From Calditrichota bacterium (GTDB taxonomy: Bacteria > Zhuqueibacterota > JdFR-76 > BMS3Abin05), in assembly GCA_013151735.1 (NCBI GenBank), contig JAADHR010000199.1:8178-72177 (forward strand): a stretch of 64,000 nucleotides of DNA. The letters run 5' to 3'. Both the position numbers and the translations under genes were made by a program. Under the pieces are notes generated by a model. That model saw only the letters and a program-made list of their open reading frames with translations. It did not search any database and was not told the DNA's origin. Each line of letters begins with the position of its first letter. Position 1 is the first letter of the stretch. Shown piece after piece: positions 1-13,415 of the stretch.

Positions 1-278
1 TGCCGGCAGAATATGAAGGCGAAGAGATGGATATTGGTTACAACGCTCAGTACCTTATGGAAATTATCCGACATATTGATACGGACGAGGTTGTCCTTAT
101 GTTGGACACACCGATTTCTGCAGGAATTGTTTTGCCATCAGAACAATTGGAAAAAGAGGATTTTCTCCTTCTGGTAATGCCTGTTCGGTTAACGGAAACC
201 GAAGAAGTCGAAGAAAACGTTTCGGATGCAAATGAGTATACGGAAACATCCGACACCTCCGAAGAATATGAGTATTAG
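1..278 (+). CDS. dnaN: DNA polymerase III beta subunit (sliding clamp), C-terminal fragment; gene begins upstream of window
   Basis: Open frame from base 3 to stop at 276-278. C-terminal motif ...GYNAQYLMEII...VLMLDTPISAGIV is typical of DnaN domain III. recF follows 56 nt downstream, the canonical order. Confidence 0.8.
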   Translation, partial: PAEYEGEEMDIGYNAQYLMEIIRHIDTDEVVLMLDTPISAGIVLPSEQLEKEDFLLLVMPVRLTETEEVEENVSDANEYTETSDTSEEYEY

Positions 279-334
279 GGTGTAAGTAGCTGGTTTCCGC
301 AACAAAAAGTGTTATTTGAAAATTCAGGAATAGA

Positions 335-1467
335 ATGGTTTTAAAATCACTATATCTTCAACAATTTAGGAACTATTTGAAACAAAATTTCGTGTTCGAT
401 GAAGGCGTAAATGTGATTTATGGCTATAATGGGCAGGGAAAAACCAATCTTTTGGAAGCAATTGCTTATACGTGCATTACAAAGAGTTTTCGCACCAATT
501 CCGATGCAGATGTTATTCCTTTTCATGCGGATTTTTTTAAAATCACGTCAGATTTTATTTTTGATCAGGGCGTAAAAAAAACGGTTTCTTTAGAATACGT
601 ACAAGGGGAGGGAAAACGTGTTTTTGTTGATGGAGCCCGCGTTTCTTCTGCCTCAGAGATAATTGGTCTCTTTCCGATCGTTATTCTCACCCCGGAAAAC
701 GAAGTCATTACGTATGGAAGCCCGTCTGAGCGGCGGCGATTTTTGGATTTTATCTTGTCCCAGACGGATAAATCCTATTTTAATAATATTCAAAATTTTC
801 GAAGGGTGCTCCGGCAGCGCAACAGATTATTGGCCGATGCCCAGGAGAACCGATTTGGTTTCAGGGAGAGAATTGAACCGTGGAATATCGAGCTTTTCGA
901 ACTCAATAAACAAATTACAAAAAAACGGAAAGAATTTGTAAGGGATTTTCAGAAAATTTTACAGCCAATATTCAAACAGCTTACATTGGGACAGGAAGAA
1001 ATTTCCATCATCTATACGCCCTCTTTTAAAGAGGCCTTTTTTGAAAGGAACGTGTTTCTCCGTGAATTGGAGAAAAACATCAATTTTGAGATCATGCGTG
1101 GAAACACGCTCATTGGTCCCCACCGTGACGAAATTTCATTTTTGAACAATGGGTGGGATTTGCGAAAATTTGGTTCCCGGGGTCAGCACAGAACGGCTGT
1201 TATTGCCCTGAAGATTGCAGAATATTTTTACGTGTATCAAATCAAAAAAGAACGCCCCCTTTTTCTTCTGGATGATGTATATACAGAAATTGATAAAATC
1301 AGGGCAAAAAATATTACCGAGTATTTTACCCAAATAGGGCAGATATTTTTAACGACCAGCGATGTGGATTTAAAAATTGACACAGAACTGGAAAAAGAGA
1401 AAAAAATTTCCTATTTTTATATTGACCGTACACATCCGGTACCCCATACGGAGGTTGGACAACGTCC

Positions 1468-1471
<4 letters not shown>
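335..1471 (+). CDS. recF: DNA replication and repair protein RecF
   Basis: 378 aa. N-terminal Walker A GYNGQGKTNLLEAI. SMC-like ABC ATPase architecture. Position between dnaN and gyrB. Confidence 0.9.
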
Positions 1472-3715
<2,244 letters not shown>

Positions 3716-3771
3716 ACACGTGATGGCATGATTTAAACGATAAAACGATAATGTAAGGAAGAGACAAACGA

Positions 3772-6225
3772 ATGGCTGTAAATCGGGAAAGAGTTTTACC
3801 AGTTTTAATTGAAGACGAAATGAAGGGCTCCTATCTGGATTATTCCATGTCGGTTATTGTATCAAGGGCCCTTCCGGATGTTCGTGACGGACTGAAACCG
3901 GTTCACCGGCGTGTTCTTTACGGAATGTACAATTTGGGCCTGTTGCCCAACCGTCCCTATAAAAAAAGTGCAAGAATTGTGGGTGAGGTTCTGGGTAAGT
4001 ACCATCCTCATGGCGATACGGCTGTTTACGATTCGATGGTACGAATGGTACAGGATTTTTCTCTGCGGTACCCACTGGTGGATGGCCAGGGTAATTTTGG
4101 TTCCGTCGACGGGGATTCACCGGCCGCCATGCGATACACGGAAGCCCGCCTGGCACCCATCGCTCTGGAGCTGTTGCGCGACATCGAAAAAGATACGGTT
4201 GATTTTGTCCCGAATTTCGACGAAACCCTGAAAGAACCGGTTGTGCTCCCTTCCGTTCTGCCCAATCTTGTGGTGAATGGTGCCTCGGGAATTGCGGTGG
4301 GCATGGCGACGAACTTTCCGCCGCACAATCTGACGGAAGTAATCGATGGGTTGATTACCCTCATTGACAATCCGGAGGCTGCAGTCGAAGAAATTATGCA
4401 ATCGATTAAAGGCCCCGATTTTCCAACCGGAGCCATTATTTACGGCGCAGCCGAAATTCCGACCATTTACAAAACGGGACGGGGAAAATTAACCATTCGG
4501 GCTCGTGCGAATATTGAAACACAGAAAAATGGAAAAGAACGGATTATTGTTACGGAAATCCCGTACCAGGTGAACAAAAGCAACCTGCTCGAAAAAATGG
4601 GAGATCTGGTCCGGAATAAAAAAATCACCGGAATCAGCGATATTCGTGACGAATCGGATCGGGACGGCATGCGTGTCGTCATTGAGCTGAAACGCGACGC
4701 TCAGGCCGAGGTTGTGCTCAATCAACTCTACAAACACACGCAGATGCAGACCACCTTTGGTGTCATTATGCTGGCGTTGGTTGACGGGGCGCCCAAGGTA
4801 ATGAATCTGAAAGAATCCCTTCAGCATTTTGTCGATTTCCGGCATGAAGTGGTGGTGCGCCGCACAAAATTCGATCTGGACAAAGCGGAAAGACGGGCCC
4901 ACATTTTAGAGGGATTAAAAATTGCTCTGGACAATCTGGATGCCATTATTCAAACCATTCGAAAATCACGCGATCCCAAAACAGCCAAACACAACCTGAT
5001 GCGAAATTTTAAACTTTCCGAAATTCAGTCTCAGGCTATTTTGGACATGCGCCTCCAGCGTCTCACGGGGTTGGAGCGAAAAAAGATTGAAGATGAGTAT
5101 CTGGCAACCATTAAGCTCATCGCCGAATTAAAGGCCATTCTGGACAGCCGTTCCCTTCGGATGAAAATAGTTAAGGATGAGCTCATCGAGCTGCAGAAAA
5201 AATATGGGGATGAACGGCGAACCGAGATTATTAACAGTGCCGAGGACTTTCAAATTGAGGATCTGATCGCCGAAGAAGACATGGTGATTACCATATCCCA
5301 CGACGGGTTTATTAAGCGGTTTCCCGTTTCCGGGTACAAGCGGCAGATGCGCGGCGGCCGCGGTTACACGGGGGCCTCGCCCACCAGCGGGGATTTTGTG
5401 GAGCACCTGTTCATTGCTTCCACCCATCACTATATTTTGTTTTTCACAGATAGGGGAAAGTGCTACTGGTTGAAGGTTTACGAAATTCCGGAGGGCGGCC
5501 GTGCCTCCCGAGGGCGCTCGATCGTGAATCTTTTGGATGTCTCCAAGGGTGAAAATATCCGGGCCTTTTTGCCGGTGAAGGAATTCGACAATGAGCACTA
5601 TATTGTCATGGCCACCGAAAAGGGCCTGGTCAAGAAGACCAATCTTGAGGCATTCAGCCGGCCGCGGCGCGGCGGTATTGTGGCCATTTCCATCAATGAA
5701 GGCGACCGCCTCATTGAAGCCATGCTGACCAACGGGACTCAGGAGCTGTTGCTGGGGACGCTTTACGGAAAAGCAGTCCGGTTTAATGAATCGGAACTGC
5801 GGCAAATGGGACGCAATGCAGCAGGCGTTCGCGGAATTAGCCTGGCACCCGAGGACCGGGTCATTGGAATGGTTCCGGTTCAACGGGGGTCGACGCTTCT
5901 GGTTGTGACCGAACAGGGATACGGAAAGCGGAGCAAGATCGAGGACTACCGCTTAACCCATCGCGGAGGCAAGGGGATTATTGCCGTTAAAATAACGGAG
6001 CGTGTGGGCAAAATGATCGCCATGAAAGTGGTGATGGACAGTGACGATATTATGATCATTACGGCGCATGGTGTGGTTATTCGCCAGCCCGTGAAGGGAA
6101 TCTCCATTATTGGACGGAATACCCAAGGAATTCGTCTGATCCGTCTGGATGAAGGGGATCGCATTGCGGACGTGGCCCGGGTCATTAAGGAAAATACCAA
6201 CGGCAATGGAAAAGAACCTGAATAA
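3772..6225 (+). CDS. gyrA: DNA gyrase subunit A
   Basis: 817 aa. Active-site region [14 protein letters not shown]-like [11 protein letters not shown]-terminal beta-pinwheel repeats. Confidence 0.95.
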   Translation: MAVNRERVLPVLIEDEMKGSYLDYSMSVIVSRALPDVRDGLKPVHRRVLYGMYNLGLLPNRPYKKSARIVGEVLGKYHPHGDTAVYDSMVRMVQDFSLRYPLVDGQGNFGSVDGDSPAAMRYTEARLAPIALELLRDIEKDTVDFVPNFDETLKEPVVLPSVLPNLVVNGASGIAVGMATNFPPHNLTEVIDGLITLIDNPEAAVEEIMQSIKGPDFPTGAIIYGAAEIPTIYKTGRGKLTIRARANIETQKNGKERIIVTEIPYQVNKSNLLEKMGDLVRNKKITGISDIRDESDRDGMRVVIELKRDAQAEVVLNQLYKHTQMQTTFGVIMLALVDGAPKVMNLKESLQHFVDFRHEVVVRRTKFDLDKAERRAHILEGLKIALDNLDAIIQTIRKSRDPKTAKHNLMRNFKLSEIQSQAILDMRLQRLTGLERKKIEDEYLATIKLIAELKAILDSRSLRMKIVKDELIELQKKYGDERRTEIINSAEDFQIEDLIAEEDMVITISHDGFIKRFPVSGYKRQMRGGRGYTGASPTSGDFVEHLFIASTHHYILFFTDRGKCYWLKVYEIPEGGRASRGRSIVNLLDVSKGENIRAFLPVKEFDNEHYIVMATEKGLVKKTNLEAFSRPRRGGIVAISINEGDRLIEAMLTNGTQELLLGTLYGKAVRFNESELRQMGRNAAGVRGISLAPEDRVIGMVPVQRGSTLLVVTEQGYGKRSKIEDYRLTHRGGKGIIAVKITERVGKMIAMKVVMDSDDIMIITAHGVVIRQPVKGISIIGRNTQGIRLIRLDEGDRIADVARVIKENTNGNGKEPE

Positions 6226-6272
6226 TCCGACAAAGAAGTGCCAGAAAAAAACACCAAGCGAAAGGTGATTGA

Positions 6273-7046
6273 ATGAAGAATAAAAAGCAGTTGCAATGGA
6301 TTGTACCTTTGATTGCCGTAATTTGGTTGGTTCCCTACCTTTTGTTTTCTGAGAAAGTGGAAGAAAAGGGTGTGGTTACCTATGTGGCGGGCCGGGTGAA
6401 AAAGAAGACGCCCAAAATCGAGAATTGGATCCCTGCCCATAAAAATACGCAGGTAATTCGCGGTGAAAAGGTCCGCACGTACCTTCGATCGCGTGCAGAG
6501 ATTAAATTAAGGGGTTTGGATATTATTCGTCTGGCACCGGAAACGACCATTGATATTGTGAAACTTTACGATGAATCCAAAGACTCGCAGATCAAAACGA
6601 CACAGATCAACATCGAGAGCGGCGACCTCTGGGCATCTGTTTCGAAAAAAAGCAAAAAAATGAAATTTAAACTGGATACGCCCGTTGCGGGTACCGCGAT
6701 CACCGGAACAAAACTGGAGGTCAGCTTTGGCTCCGATTCCAGCTCCGAAGTGCGGGTCTACAGGGGAGAAGTGAAGGTTTCCAATGCCAAAACGGATATG
6801 GACAGGTTAAAGCTAACCCCCAAATTGATCAAGCCCCACCAGATTCAGGGACCCCATCAAATCCAAGGTCCGCATGAAGTCACAATGGAAAAGTGGCTGT
6901 ATATTGTGAAGGAAATGCAGATGCTAAAAATCGACAAGCATGGAAAAGTAAAATATGCGGGTTCCTTTTCGCTGAAGCAAATGAAGAATAAAGCCGACTG
7001 GGTGAAATGGAATCTGAGCCGGGACAAGGCCCTTGGGATAAAATAG
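6273..7046 (+). CDS. membrane-anchored FecR-domain protein
   Basis: N-terminal TM helix, then a FecR-like beta-sandwich pattern (VAGTAITGTKLEVSF...SEVRVYRGEVKV). Contains a short tandem peptide repeat KPHQIQGPHQIQGPH. Confidence 0.5.
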   Translation: MKNKKQLQWIVPLIAVIWLVPYLLFSEKVEEKGVVTYVAGRVKKKTPKIENWIPAHKNTQVIRGEKVRTYLRSRAEIKLRGLDIIRLAPETTIDIVKLYDESKDSQIKTTQINIESGDLWASVSKKSKKMKFKLDTPVAGTAITGTKLEVSFGSDSSSEVRVYRGEVKVSNAKTDMDRLKLTPKLIKPHQIQGPHQIQGPHEVTMEKWLYIVKEMQMLKIDKHGKVKYAGSFSLKQMKNKADWVKWNLSRDKALGIK

Positions 7047-7119
7047 GCGCGTGTTTGACCCTTTACCAGCGGTGAATTCAAAACCATCATTCAACGAGCG
7101 ATCCTCTGGAAAGTAATGA

Positions 7120-7533
7120 ATGAAAGGGCGTAAAATGTTTGTTGAAATTCCTGTCCGAACCCACAATCACACCGAATTCATTCAACTGGACTCAGAAATC
7201 CAGAGTATTGTGGCAAAAAGCGGGGTGAAAAACGGGCTGTGTACCGTTTTTGCTCCTCACACGACCGCAGCCATTACCATTAACGAAAACGCGGATCCGG
7301 ATGTGGTTCGCGATATCATTGCCGAAACGGAAAAAATCATTCCCTGGAATGATGGGTATCACCACATGGAAGGAAATTCGGCGGCGCATATTAAATCCAG
7401 TCTGTTTGGAGCCTCTGAAACTGTTCTTATTCGGGACGGCCGCTTGAAACTGGGTACCTGGCAGTCCATCTATTTTTGTGAATTTGACGGTCCCCGTCAT
7501 CGAAAAGTTTGGATTCAGATTGTCGGTGACTAA
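7120..7533 (+). CDS. YjbQ/UPF0047 family protein (secondary thiamine-phosphate synthase-like)
   Basis: 137 aa, full-length match to the YjbQ family pattern (TVFAPHTTAAITINENADPDV...HIKSSLFG...IYFCEFDGPR). Confidence 0.8.
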   Translation: MKGRKMFVEIPVRTHNHTEFIQLDSEIQSIVAKSGVKNGLCTVFAPHTTAAITINENADPDVVRDIIAETEKIIPWNDGYHHMEGNSAAHIKSSLFGASETVLIRDGRLKLGTWQSIYFCEFDGPRHRKVWIQIVGD

Positions 7534-7555
7534 TTAATAAAAAAATGGATTAAAA

Positions 7556-7586
7556 GGATATCCCGTTTTACGGGATATTTTTTTAT
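7556..7586 (+). terminator. rho-independent terminator after the yjbQ-like gene
   Basis: Hairpin ATATCCCG-tttta-CGGGATAT (8-bp stem) immediately followed by TTTTTTT. Confidence 0.6.
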
Positions 7587-7644
7587 CTGCGAATGGTGGT
7601 TGGTTTTTCTGAATAACATCAGCTCAATTTGTGATTGAATTTAA

Positions 7645-8823
7645 ATGAAAAGCTTCCTTGCACTTTTTCTTCTGGCATTTGTCTTGCTGTTTGGCGTACC
7701 GCTGGTGCGTTTTTCGCGGTCAAAAATTGGCTTTGAAGCGGTCCCCTTTTACAGTGTTCTTTTTGTGCTCATTGGTATTTTCTTTAGCCAATCCGGATTA
7801 AACATTTTTACCGACAGGGTGTTAACCCAAATCTTTCCTCTGGTCGGATTCTCCCTCGGGTGGCTTGGCTTTTTGATGACCATCGATTTCGATATCCGGC
7901 TTGTCAGAAAAGTGGATTCCCGGGACATAATCTATTCTCTGATATTTTCGGCTGGCGCCTTTTTGGCGGTGGGTACAGGATTCTTTTTGGCGTTCAGAAT
8001 CTTTTTTCGCGGATTTTCTCCTGCAATGGCATGGCTCCTTGCTTCATTGTCTGTGACAACTTCTCCGGTACTTATCCGACTTCTGATTAAAAAACGCCGA
8101 AAACGCTCCCTGATTATTGAAAGATTGTCGTTGATTACCGTTTTGGGTGGGATTCTGGGCGTATTTGTTTATGGGCTGATTGTCAGTTTTTTGACGGGGA
8201 ATCTTTGGTGGCGAAATCTGATCTTTTCTCTCATTGTGGGAATCGGTTCCGGCCTTTTTATTAATTTGATGGTAATGGGTGCACGAAAACACAACGAAAT
8301 GTTGTTGTTTGTGTACGGTATTATTTTTCTCTCCAGCGGCCTGGCCGGGTTACTAAATATTTCCCCCTTGTTTGTGAACGCAATTGCCGGTATGGTTGTG
8401 GCCAACTCCTCTGTTAAGAGAAGCCGGGTTGCCGCCATTTTATACGAGGCCGAACCGTTAATCATTGTGCTGATTTATGTCTTTTTTGGGGCTCTCTGGA
8501 CGCTTCGTCCGGAAGAGTTGGGTACCCTTTTATGGCTGGCAGCAGGATTGGGTGTTCTGTATACCGTTCTTCGGTATGGAGGGAAATTCCTGGGCGCTCT
8601 TTTAATTAAAAAGCTTTACAACGAAAATGCGGTGTTTTTTGCAAATAACCTCATTTGTCAGATCTCGGTATTGCTGGCACTCTTAATTGATTTCCGCCTG
8701 GTCGCCCGCACAAACCGGGAATTTGTCAATGTCCTGTTTTTGGGGCTGTTTATTGCCGTGCTGATTTCGATGGTTGTTGCGTCCTATTTTTTGAATCGTG
8801 CGTTTAAGGAGCTGGCCGAATAA
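7645..8823 (+). CDS. cation:proton antiporter family membrane protein (CPA-type)
   Basis: 392 aa with ~11 predicted TM helices. Polytopic Na+/H+-exchanger-like profile. Paired with a second antiporter gene overlapping by 26 nt. Confidence 0.55.
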   Translation: MKSFLALFLLAFVLLFGVPLVRFSRSKIGFEAVPFYSVLFVLIGIFFSQSGLNIFTDRVLTQIFPLVGFSLGWLGFLMTIDFDIRLVRKVDSRDIIYSLIFSAGAFLAVGTGFFLAFRIFFRGFSPAMAWLLASLSVTTSPVLIRLLIKKRRKRSLIIERLSLITVLGGILGVFVYGLIVSFLTGNLWWRNLIFSLIVGIGSGLFINLMVMGARKHNEMLLFVYGIIFLSSGLAGLLNISPLFVNAIAGMVVANSSVKRSRVAAILYEAEPLIIVLIYVFFGALWTLRPEELGTLLWLAAGLGVLYTVLRYGGKFLGALLIKKLYNENAVFFANNLICQISVLLALLIDFRLVARTNREFVNVLFLGLFIAVLISMVVASYFLNRAFKELAE

Positions 8824-10105
8824 CATGTTTGAATTTATTGGATTTCTGCTCATAACCGCTGTCGGATATGTCACATTTTTAGGCAGACCCGCTTACGACG
8901 GAAATCTGATTACATTTGCTGTCGGATTTTTATTGCTGAGCGGGTACCTTCTTGGAAAACTGCTCCTTCGAATTAAATTTCCAAAATTGACGGGATATAT
9001 CCTTGCCGGCATCGTTTTTGGACCGTATATCTTCAGTTTTCTCACCAACCAAACCGTAGAGAAACTTCGGTTAATCGACGATCTGGCTTTGAGCATCATT
9101 GCGCTTTCTGCCGGTGGAGAGCTGCGTCTTTCACAGTTGAAAGAAGATTACCGGTCTTTGCTGTACATTACAATTATTCAAACAGCAGGCATGTTTGTGA
9201 TTATCACGACCCTGATTTATCTTTTTGCACCGGCTTTCAATTTTTTAAGAGACTTTTCGCGGTTGCAGATTTTTAGCGTATCCATGATTTTTGGAATTGT
9301 TCTGGTTACGAAATCTCCCTCGACTACAATTGCCATGATCAGCGAACTGAAGGCAAAGGGAAAATTCACCGAAATTGTTCTGGGAATCACTATCCTGAAG
9401 GATGTGGTGGTTATCCTGCTTTTTGCCCTCGTGTTTTCGCTGGCCCGGAAACTTCTTCAAGCCGATAATCCGGCAGAAAATCATTTAATGACCGCGTTAA
9501 TGATTGAATTATTTGGGTCGCTTTTGGTTGGAGGAGCAATCGGTTGGGTTTTGATAGAGTACTTGAAACACGGGATTCCCTATGTTTCGCTTTTCATCCT
9601 TGGAATAATCTTTTTTGTTTCAAAATTTGCCCCTTTGATTCATCTGAATATTTTATTAATTTTTATTGTTGCCGGATTTTTGATAGAAAATTTTACACCG
9701 TTGGGCGATCGTCTGCTCCGGATCATTGATCAGAGTTCCTTGATTATTTATGTCTTGTTTTTCGCTGTGGCAGGTGCCAGCCTGAATCTGGTGGCACTTA
9801 GGGAAACGTGGATGCTTGCTCTGTTGATTGTCTTGATCCGGATCCTTGCCGTTTGGAGCAGTACCCTGTTCGGAAGTATGGCGGCCCGGGCCATACCCGC
9901 TATTCGAAACTATTCGTGGATGGGGTTTGTCTCACAGGCCGGGGTTGGACTGGGGTTGGCCATCCTGGTGGAGCGGACCTTTCCGGGATGGGGGGCCGAT
10001 TTTAAAACCCTGATTCTGGCCGTGATTGCCATTAATCAAATTATTGGCCCTATTTTATTCAAATATGCACTGGTTAAATCAGGAGATGCACGAGTTCTTC
10101 AATGA
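8798..10105 (+). CDS. cation:proton antiporter (Na+/H+ exchanger family)
   Basis: 435 aa polytopic membrane protein. Start may instead be the ATG at 8825 (MFEFIGFLL). Confidence 0.6.
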   Translation: MRLRSWPNNMFEFIGFLLITAVGYVTFLGRPAYDGNLITFAVGFLLLSGYLLGKLLLRIKFPKLTGYILAGIVFGPYIFSFLTNQTVEKLRLIDDLALSIIALSAGGELRLSQLKEDYRSLLYITIIQTAGMFVIITTLIYLFAPAFNFLRDFSRLQIFSVSMIFGIVLVTKSPSTTIAMISELKAKGKFTEIVLGITILKDVVVILLFALVFSLARKLLQADNPAENHLMTALMIELFGSLLVGGAIGWVLIEYLKHGIPYVSLFILGIIFFVSKFAPLIHLNILLIFIVAGFLIENFTPLGDRLLRIIDQSSLIIYVLFFAVAGASLNLVALRETWMLALLIVLIRILAVWSSTLFGSMAARAIPAIRNYSWMGFVSQAGVGLGLAILVERTFPGWGADFKTLILAVIAINQIIGPILFKYALVKSGDARVLQ

Positions 10106-11061
10106 AACCCAAAATACTCATTACGCTCGGAGATTTTAACGGGATTGGCCCGGAGGTCACCCTGAAGGCTCTTTCGGATGAAACCCTGCTAAAAGCAGCG
10201 TCGCCGGTCTTGATTGGCTCTCAGCAAATTGTGGACTATTACACAGAATTGCTGGGATTGCAAAGATACGGATCCGATGTGGAAGTGATTGAGTGTGTGC
10301 CGGATGAAAAACTTCCGATTGATCCGGGGAAAATCTCGAAAAAGGCCGGAGAAATGAGCGCACGATTTCTCCAATGCGCCATTGACCGCGTGAAAAATAA
10401 TAAGGGCGACGCCATTGTGACCGCCCCTATTTCAAAAGAAGCGCTGTGGCTGGCCGGGTATCGCCGGTTTCCGGGTCAGACGGAATTTTTTGCGGCCGGT
10501 TTTGGTGTCAGGCGATTTGCCATGGTGCTCATCGCCGGAACGTTCAGGGTAAGTTTTACAACCACACACTATCCGATTCGGGACGTGGCCTCTCAACTGA
10601 CGGAGGAGAAAATAATTGAAACGACGCGGGCGGTGGTTCATGCGCTGCAACGGTTTTTTGGGATCCCTGATCCGAAAATTGCCGTATCTGCCTTGAATCC
10701 ACATGGGGGAGAACACGGAAAACTGGGCGATGAGGAAGAACGCATCATTCGTCCGGCCATAAATAAACTGATTGCCCTGGGTGTACAGGCAGAGGGACCC
10801 TTTCCGGCCGACACGCTTTTTACCCGTATCGACAAAAAGGATTTCGACGCCTATCTGGTACACTATCACGATCAGGGGATGATTCCTGTTAAAATGGTCG
10901 GTTTTGGAAGGGCTGTTAATTTTACGGCCGGGCTCCCGGTACCGCGTACCTCTCCCGATCACGGCACCGCATTTGATATCGCGGGTAAGGGAAAGGCTCA
11001 CGAACAAAGCATGAAGGAGGCCATTCAACTTGCTGTACAACTGGCTTCGCACAAAGGTTAA
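10102..11061 (+). CDS. pdxA: 4-hydroxythreonine-4-phosphate dehydrogenase
   Basis: 319 aa. N-terminus KILITLGDFNGIGPEV and metal-binding His motifs typical of PdxA. Confidence 0.85.
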   Translation: MKPKILITLGDFNGIGPEVTLKALSDETLLKAASPVLIGSQQIVDYYTELLGLQRYGSDVEVIECVPDEKLPIDPGKISKKAGEMSARFLQCAIDRVKNNKGDAIVTAPISKEALWLAGYRRFPGQTEFFAAGFGVRRFAMVLIAGTFRVSFTTTHYPIRDVASQLTEEKIIETTRAVVHALQRFFGIPDPKIAVSALNPHGGEHGKLGDEEERIIRPAINKLIALGVQAEGPFPADTLFTRIDKKDFDAYLVHYHDQGMIPVKMVGFGRAVNFTAGLPVPRTSPDHGTAFDIAGKGKAHEQSMKEAIQLAVQLASHKG

Positions 11062-11821
11062 AAAAGCGGCACCCTACGAAAAACTGGCGCATATTTACGA
11101 TTTTGTAATGCGCCACGTGGATTACGGGATGTGGGTCGACTATGTGTTGCAAATTTATGATGCGCTCCATTTTCAGCCAGAAAGTTTGCTGGATACCGCC
11201 TGCGGAACCGGAAGCTTTTTAATCCACATGCGGCACTCCATTCGCAACGTGTACGGATGCGACGGCTCGTTTCCGATGGTTCAACAGGCCCGAAAAAAGG
11301 AAAATCTTAATGAAATCCCTCTGTGGGTCGGAGATATGCGGCGAATCGGATTAAAAAAGAAAGTAAGCACGGTGGTTTGTTTGTACGACAGCATTAACTA
11401 CCTCCGCACGCCTGATGAAATCCAACTGGCTTTGGAAAATTTTTATGATATGACATTGCCCGGAGGTGTACTGATTTTTGATATCTGTACGATTCAAAAT
11501 TCCGAACTGAATTTTTCGAATTACTACGAAACAAAGAAAGAAAAGGATTTTGCCTACACCCGGTGGAGCCATTTTGATCGTAAAAAACAAATCCAGTATA
11601 CGGAGTTTCAAATAAAATTCAAAGGCGATGGGGCCCTGTACCACGAGGTCCACCGGCAGAGGATCTATCACACAGATACCTTTTTCGATCTTATCGAAAA
11701 AACAAAATGGAAGCTGGCATTTGCTTTAGACGGATTCTCGTTTGAACCAGCCAATCCCAATTCAAACAGAATTCATTTTGTCTTAAAAAAACAGGAAACA
11801 TCCGATGATTCGCTTTTTTAA
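11030..11821 (+). CDS. class I SAM-dependent methyltransferase
   Basis: 263 aa. Motif I LDTACGTGSF. Overlaps the pdxA 3' end by 32 nt. Confidence 0.6.
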   Translation: MLYNWLRTKVKKAAPYEKLAHIYDFVMRHVDYGMWVDYVLQIYDALHFQPESLLDTACGTGSFLIHMRHSIRNVYGCDGSFPMVQQARKKENLNEIPLWVGDMRRIGLKKKVSTVVCLYDSINYLRTPDEIQLALENFYDMTLPGGVLIFDICTIQNSELNFSNYYETKKEKDFAYTRWSHFDRKKQIQYTEFQIKFKGDGALYHEVHRQRIYHTDTFFDLIEKTKWKLAFALDGFSFEPANPNSNRIHFVLKKQETSDDSLF

Positions 11822-12455
11822 TGTGAGCTTTTTCTATCCCCGGGGCAGCGGTGTAAAAAATGTGAATCTTTTTCTTCGTAACGGAGAATTTCTCTTTCTG
11901 GTGGGTCCATCCGGTGCAGGAAAGAGTACCATTTTGAAGTTGATTTATCTGGAAGAATTTCCAACGCGTGGTCACATTCTTTTGGATGGGTACAACACGC
12001 AGGAGATTACGCCGCGGGACGTTCCGTACATTCGAAGAAAAATCGGGATGATTTTTCAGGACTTTAAACTGCTTCGGGACAGAAATGTATTTGATAATGT
12101 GGCATTTGCAATGGAAGTGATCGGGGCCCGGCGATCAAAAATAAACAAACGGGTTTTGGAAGTGCTGCGCGATGTGGGGCTGTCGCACAAAAAATTAAAG
12201 ATGCCCAGAGAATTGTCCGGAGGAGAGCAGCAGCGCGTGGCCATTGCCCGGGCTATTGTGAATGAACCGTTTGTAGTTTTGGCCGATGAGCCCACCGGCA
12301 ACCTGGATGAGGAAAACCGGGATGAAATTTTATCCCTGTTGAAGAAGATTAACAACCAGGGAACCTCAATTATTATGGCAACCCATAATTTTGAAATGGC
12401 CAAACAATCCGGTTGCCGGATAGTACGAATTGAAAATGGGATGATTTTATCATGA
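11805..12455 (+). CDS. ftsE: cell division ATP-binding protein FtsE
   Basis: 216 aa. Walker [13 protein letters not shown] signature [14 protein letters not shown], Walker B VVLADEPT. Followed by ftsX. Confidence 0.85.
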   Translation: MIRFFNVSFFYPRGSGVKNVNLFLRNGEFLFLVGPSGAGKSTILKLIYLEEFPTRGHILLDGYNTQEITPRDVPYIRRKIGMIFQDFKLLRDRNVFDNVAFAMEVIGARRSKINKRVLEVLRDVGLSHKKLKMPRELSGGEQQRVAIARAIVNEPFVVLADEPTGNLDEENRDEILSLLKKINNQGTSIIMATHNFEMAKQSGCRIVRIENGMILS

Positions 12456-13312
12456 AGCTTTGGTACCCAATCCGCGAGGGATTTTCGAACTTAAAACGGT
12501 CGCGCAGTTCCGTGTGGGTGTCTGTTTTGACGATTTCTCTTTCACTCTGGTTGGTGGGGCTTTTTCTGATGGGTGCCTGGAATGGCTGGCAGTTTCTGCA
12601 GAATTTAAGGGATAAATTAGAGTTAGAGGTGTTCCTGGTGGACACGGTTCAGACACAGGAAGCCTATGACCTCCGAAAAATCATATTGAATATTCCGGGA
12701 GTCGACTCGGTACAGTTCATTTCGAAATATGCCGCCATGAAAAAATTTGAAAAGGAGTTTGGCGAAAATATTGAAGCTATTCTGGGCGAAAATCCTCTGC
12801 CCGCTTCATTTAAGATCCGGCTGAAAAAAAGTTACCATTCCAAGAAAAATGTTCAAAAAATAATCGGACAGATCAAAAAATTACCAGGGATTGAAGACGT
12901 TTCTTATCGTTACGATTTGTTAAAAATTATTGAAAAATACCTGAAACTGTTTTTTGGCGGCGGGGTTTTTCTGGGTATTATGATTGGGTTTCTTTCGATT
13001 CTTCTTATTGCTAACACGGTGCGAATGGCGATTATCAGCAGACGGGAAGAAATTCAGATTATGCGGCTGATTGGAGCGACACCGGCGTTCATTCGGCGGC
13101 CGTTTCTGGTTCAGGGATTCTTGCTGGGGCTTTTTGGAGGCGTGCTTTCGGTCCTTTTTCTGGGACTGGTTGTGTGGATTGTCAGACAATGGCTGGCCAT
13201 TACATTAGTAAATGAAAAGGAAATTTGGGCGTTTATTCTTGTTTGGGGAATTGTTTTGGGCATGATCGGAAGTTGGAGAGCCATTCGTCTGTATTTAAAA
13301 GAGAAGATTTAA
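12452..13312 (+). CDS. ftsX: cell division permease-like protein FtsX
   Basis: 286 aa. N-terminal TM, periplasmic domain, three C-terminal TM helices. Overlaps the ftsE stop by 4 nt. Confidence 0.8.
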   Translation: MKLWYPIREGFSNLKRSRSSVWVSVLTISLSLWLVGLFLMGAWNGWQFLQNLRDKLELEVFLVDTVQTQEAYDLRKIILNIPGVDSVQFISKYAAMKKFEKEFGENIEAILGENPLPASFKIRLKKSYHSKKNVQKIIGQIKKLPGIEDVSYRYDLLKIIEKYLKLFFGGGVFLGIMIGFLSILLIANTVRMAIISRREEIQIMRLIGATPAFIRRPFLVQGFLLGLFGGVLSVLFLGLVVWIVRQWLAITLVNEKEIWAFILVWGIVLGMIGSWRAIRLYLKEKI

Positions 13313-13327
13313 AAATCGAAAATCTAC

Positions 13328-13356
13328 TTGACAAAAGCCATAAAAATTATTATTTT
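13328..13356 (+). promoter_or_regulatory. putative sigma70-type promoter upstream of hrcA-grpE-dnaJ
   Basis: TTGACA (13328-13333), 17-nt spacer, TATTTT (13351-13356). Short IR AGATT-gaa-AATCT starts 3 nt downstream. No canonical CIRCE (TTAGCACTC-N9-GAGTGCTAA) found. Confidence 0.3.
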
Positions 13357-13415
13357 AGAGATTGAAAATCTTGAAATTATCCATGGTTTTAAAAATGAAT
13401 TTTGGTAGGTGATCA

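Noticed and set aside
5128-5883. 251-aa minus-strand ORF
   Set aside because: Antisense to the gyrA C-terminal beta-pinwheel region. No recognisable motifs.
13313-13415. CIRCE element upstream of hrcA
   Set aside because: Searched for TTAGCACTC-N9-GAGTGCTAA and close variants. Only a 5-bp IR is present, not CIRCE.
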